64,000 nucleotides of DNA from the NCBI GenBank assembly GCA_964106645.2, contig OZ067043.1. One strand, written 5' to 3'. Source of the DNA: Podarcis pityusensis (lineage: Eukaryota). The position numbers and the translations under genes were made by a program. The notes under the pieces are model-generated. The model made no database searches and had not been told where the DNA came from. It saw only the letters and a program-made list of their open reading frames with translations. Below, piece after piece: positions 62,350 to 64,000 of the stretch. Numbering within the stretch: position 1 is the first letter of the stretch; each line of letters opens with the position of its first letter.

Positions 62350-62722
62350 AAGGCTCAGTGGTAGAGCCTTTGCCTTGCTTACAGAAGGTACCAGGCTCAA
62401 TTCCCAGCATCTCCGGGTTGAAATGTCCCCTCCTTGAAGCCCTGGAAGGCTCCTCCCAGTCAGTATAGACCATAATGAAGTAGATGGACCAATGGCCTGA
62501 CTCTATAGAAGGCAGCTTCCTATGTTCCTTGGGCAGGGATTACCGGAGCCAAGGTACCAGCATCCAGAAAGCTATAGCTCAGTGGCAGAGCCTCTCCTTT
62601 GCATGCAGAAAGTCACTGGTTCAGCTGTCAACACATGGGGATGTCCCCAGCCTAAAATCCTAGAGAAGTGCAACCAGCCAATGTAGACAATAGTGAGCTA
62701 GATGGAGCAAAGATCTGACTCC
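62350..62722 (+). mobile_element. Two adjacent degenerate tRNA(Ala)-like SINEs
   Basis: gctcagtggtagagc at about 62353 and gctcagtggcagagc at about 62577, each followed by tagac..ta.tga..tagatgga tail sequence. Confidence 0.7.
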
Positions 62723-63471
62723 AAAGGCTCAAGAATAGATCTCATAGTGAGCAACAGTACTTCAAATGCCTTTTCTGACAGTCTCAATATAATCTAGGGC
62801 AAGACCTAGGAGGCATTGCACTTTAAAGGTTAAAAAACAAAACAGTAATACTGTTTTGAACATGAAACAAAGAATTAACCAGCGTTCTGTAGATCTTCTA
62901 GGAGTGGTGTTATATGGTCCTGGCAGTTGCACAATTGAATATTTTTGCTGTTGAACTTTGCACCAGCTGAAGTTTCTAAACCGTCTTCAAAGGCAACCCT
63001 GCATCTACCACCTTGGGTTCCCTAAAAGATATGTGTAATTGACCAACTAACTGAAAATCTGCTCACCTCTCTGACGTGCAAAGGACCAGCCAGTCTTTTA
63101 TCCCAAGGGCTTTGAGAACAACGAAGAGCTGGGAAATAGATGCAAGCACTTAAGCAGCAAGAGGCCTCCTGAGTACTTTGGAACAAACCCAGAAACCAAA
63201 CATTGTTTGCCTCTGTTCTTAAGTGAGAGAAATAGACGGCCTAACGTCTCTCAGTTCAGTGTTTTCAAGCTACTTCAAATTATGAAGATTGTACAAGAAG
63301 CCTTTTCCATCTCGTGAACTGTTCTCACAATCTGAGAAGAGCGTTCTCTTTTGTTGCTCTGCCAACTGGAATTCGTATTTAGATTCTCTAATTCATTTGG
63401 ATCCCCAAAACCTGGATGTAACAAAAAAAATTAGGCAACCATCCTGGAAATCAGAGGTGCAAGGAAGCAAA

Positions 63472-63545
63472 GAATCATAGAATTGTAGAGTTGGAAGGGA
63501 CCACAAGGGCCACCTAGTCCAACCCCCTGCAATGCAGGACTCCTT
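63472..63545 (-). mobile_element. CR1-type 3' terminus
   Basis: agaatcatagaattgtagagttggaagggacc...tagtccaaccccctg, the reverse of the ATTCTATG-type tail. Confidence 0.65.
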
Positions 63546-64000
63546 TTGCCCAATGTAGGGCTGAAACTCACAACCTTGACAAGAAGTCACTTCACGTGAC
63601 TGAGCTACAGATATGATGTAGCAAAAGGTGACATATTCTCATTTCTGGCACCTAGTGTAATCTCTGTGAAGCTAACATAGCAGCTTTGATCTGACATCAA
63701 GGTTGCTGAAATCAGAATGTGCTTCAGCGTCATTACCAAGCACTTAATTGATGTGCCCTTGGTCTTTTCTTGATGAGACAAATTTCCATTCAGCTGAGAC
63801 AGTGAGCAAGCAATATTATACAGTAGGCACTGGTTATCTTAAGACCTAAAAGTTGTTTTCAAGCATTCCATAAAAGCTTTTTGGTACATGGACTACCACT
63901 TGTACTAGGGGCGATATGTTTAAAACCATCAGAATTAAAGCACTGATTTGCATGAGATTATAAATGTCAGAACAGTTGATGCTGGTTACTGAGGGGGGGG

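Noticed and set aside
62350-62722. tRNA-Ala genes (also near 6025, 47793, 54250)
   Set aside because: Cloverleaf is degenerate and each head continues into a shared SINE body
58370-64000. ITPR3 exon 1 and promoter
   Set aside because: No MSEMSSFLHIGD-like coding sequence or CpG island found; this is intron 1

Overview
Eukaryotic DNA from a squamate reptile, most likely a lacertid lizard (inferred from Sauria-type SINEs and the other repeats). The window lies entirely inside one minus-strand gene, ITPR3 (inositol 1,4,5-trisphosphate receptor type 3). I traced 44 consecutive coding exons by hand, equal to exons 2-45 in human numbering (58369 down to 606). The frame stays open across every junction, and all internal introns are GT-AG except one GC-AG. 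Exon 1 lies beyond the right end and the channel-domain exons beyond the left end. The introns carry a young 5'-truncated L2 LINE with an intact 409-aa RT frame, a Rex1/Babar fragment, CR1 and L2 remnants, three SINE families, Tc1/mariner-type and hAT-type MITEs (some nested), two solo-LTR-like elements, microsatellites and a 185-N gap. I found no new multi-gene system. The best leads are: a 269-bp solo LTR with a full promoter and poly(A) layout inserted into the exon 3 branch point; a Gly-to-Arg change in the conserved GSTTGGLG motif beside the Ca2+ site; a GC-AG intron; and inverted repeat pairs that could drive circRNA formation or editing. Human comparisons are from memory, not from an alignment.
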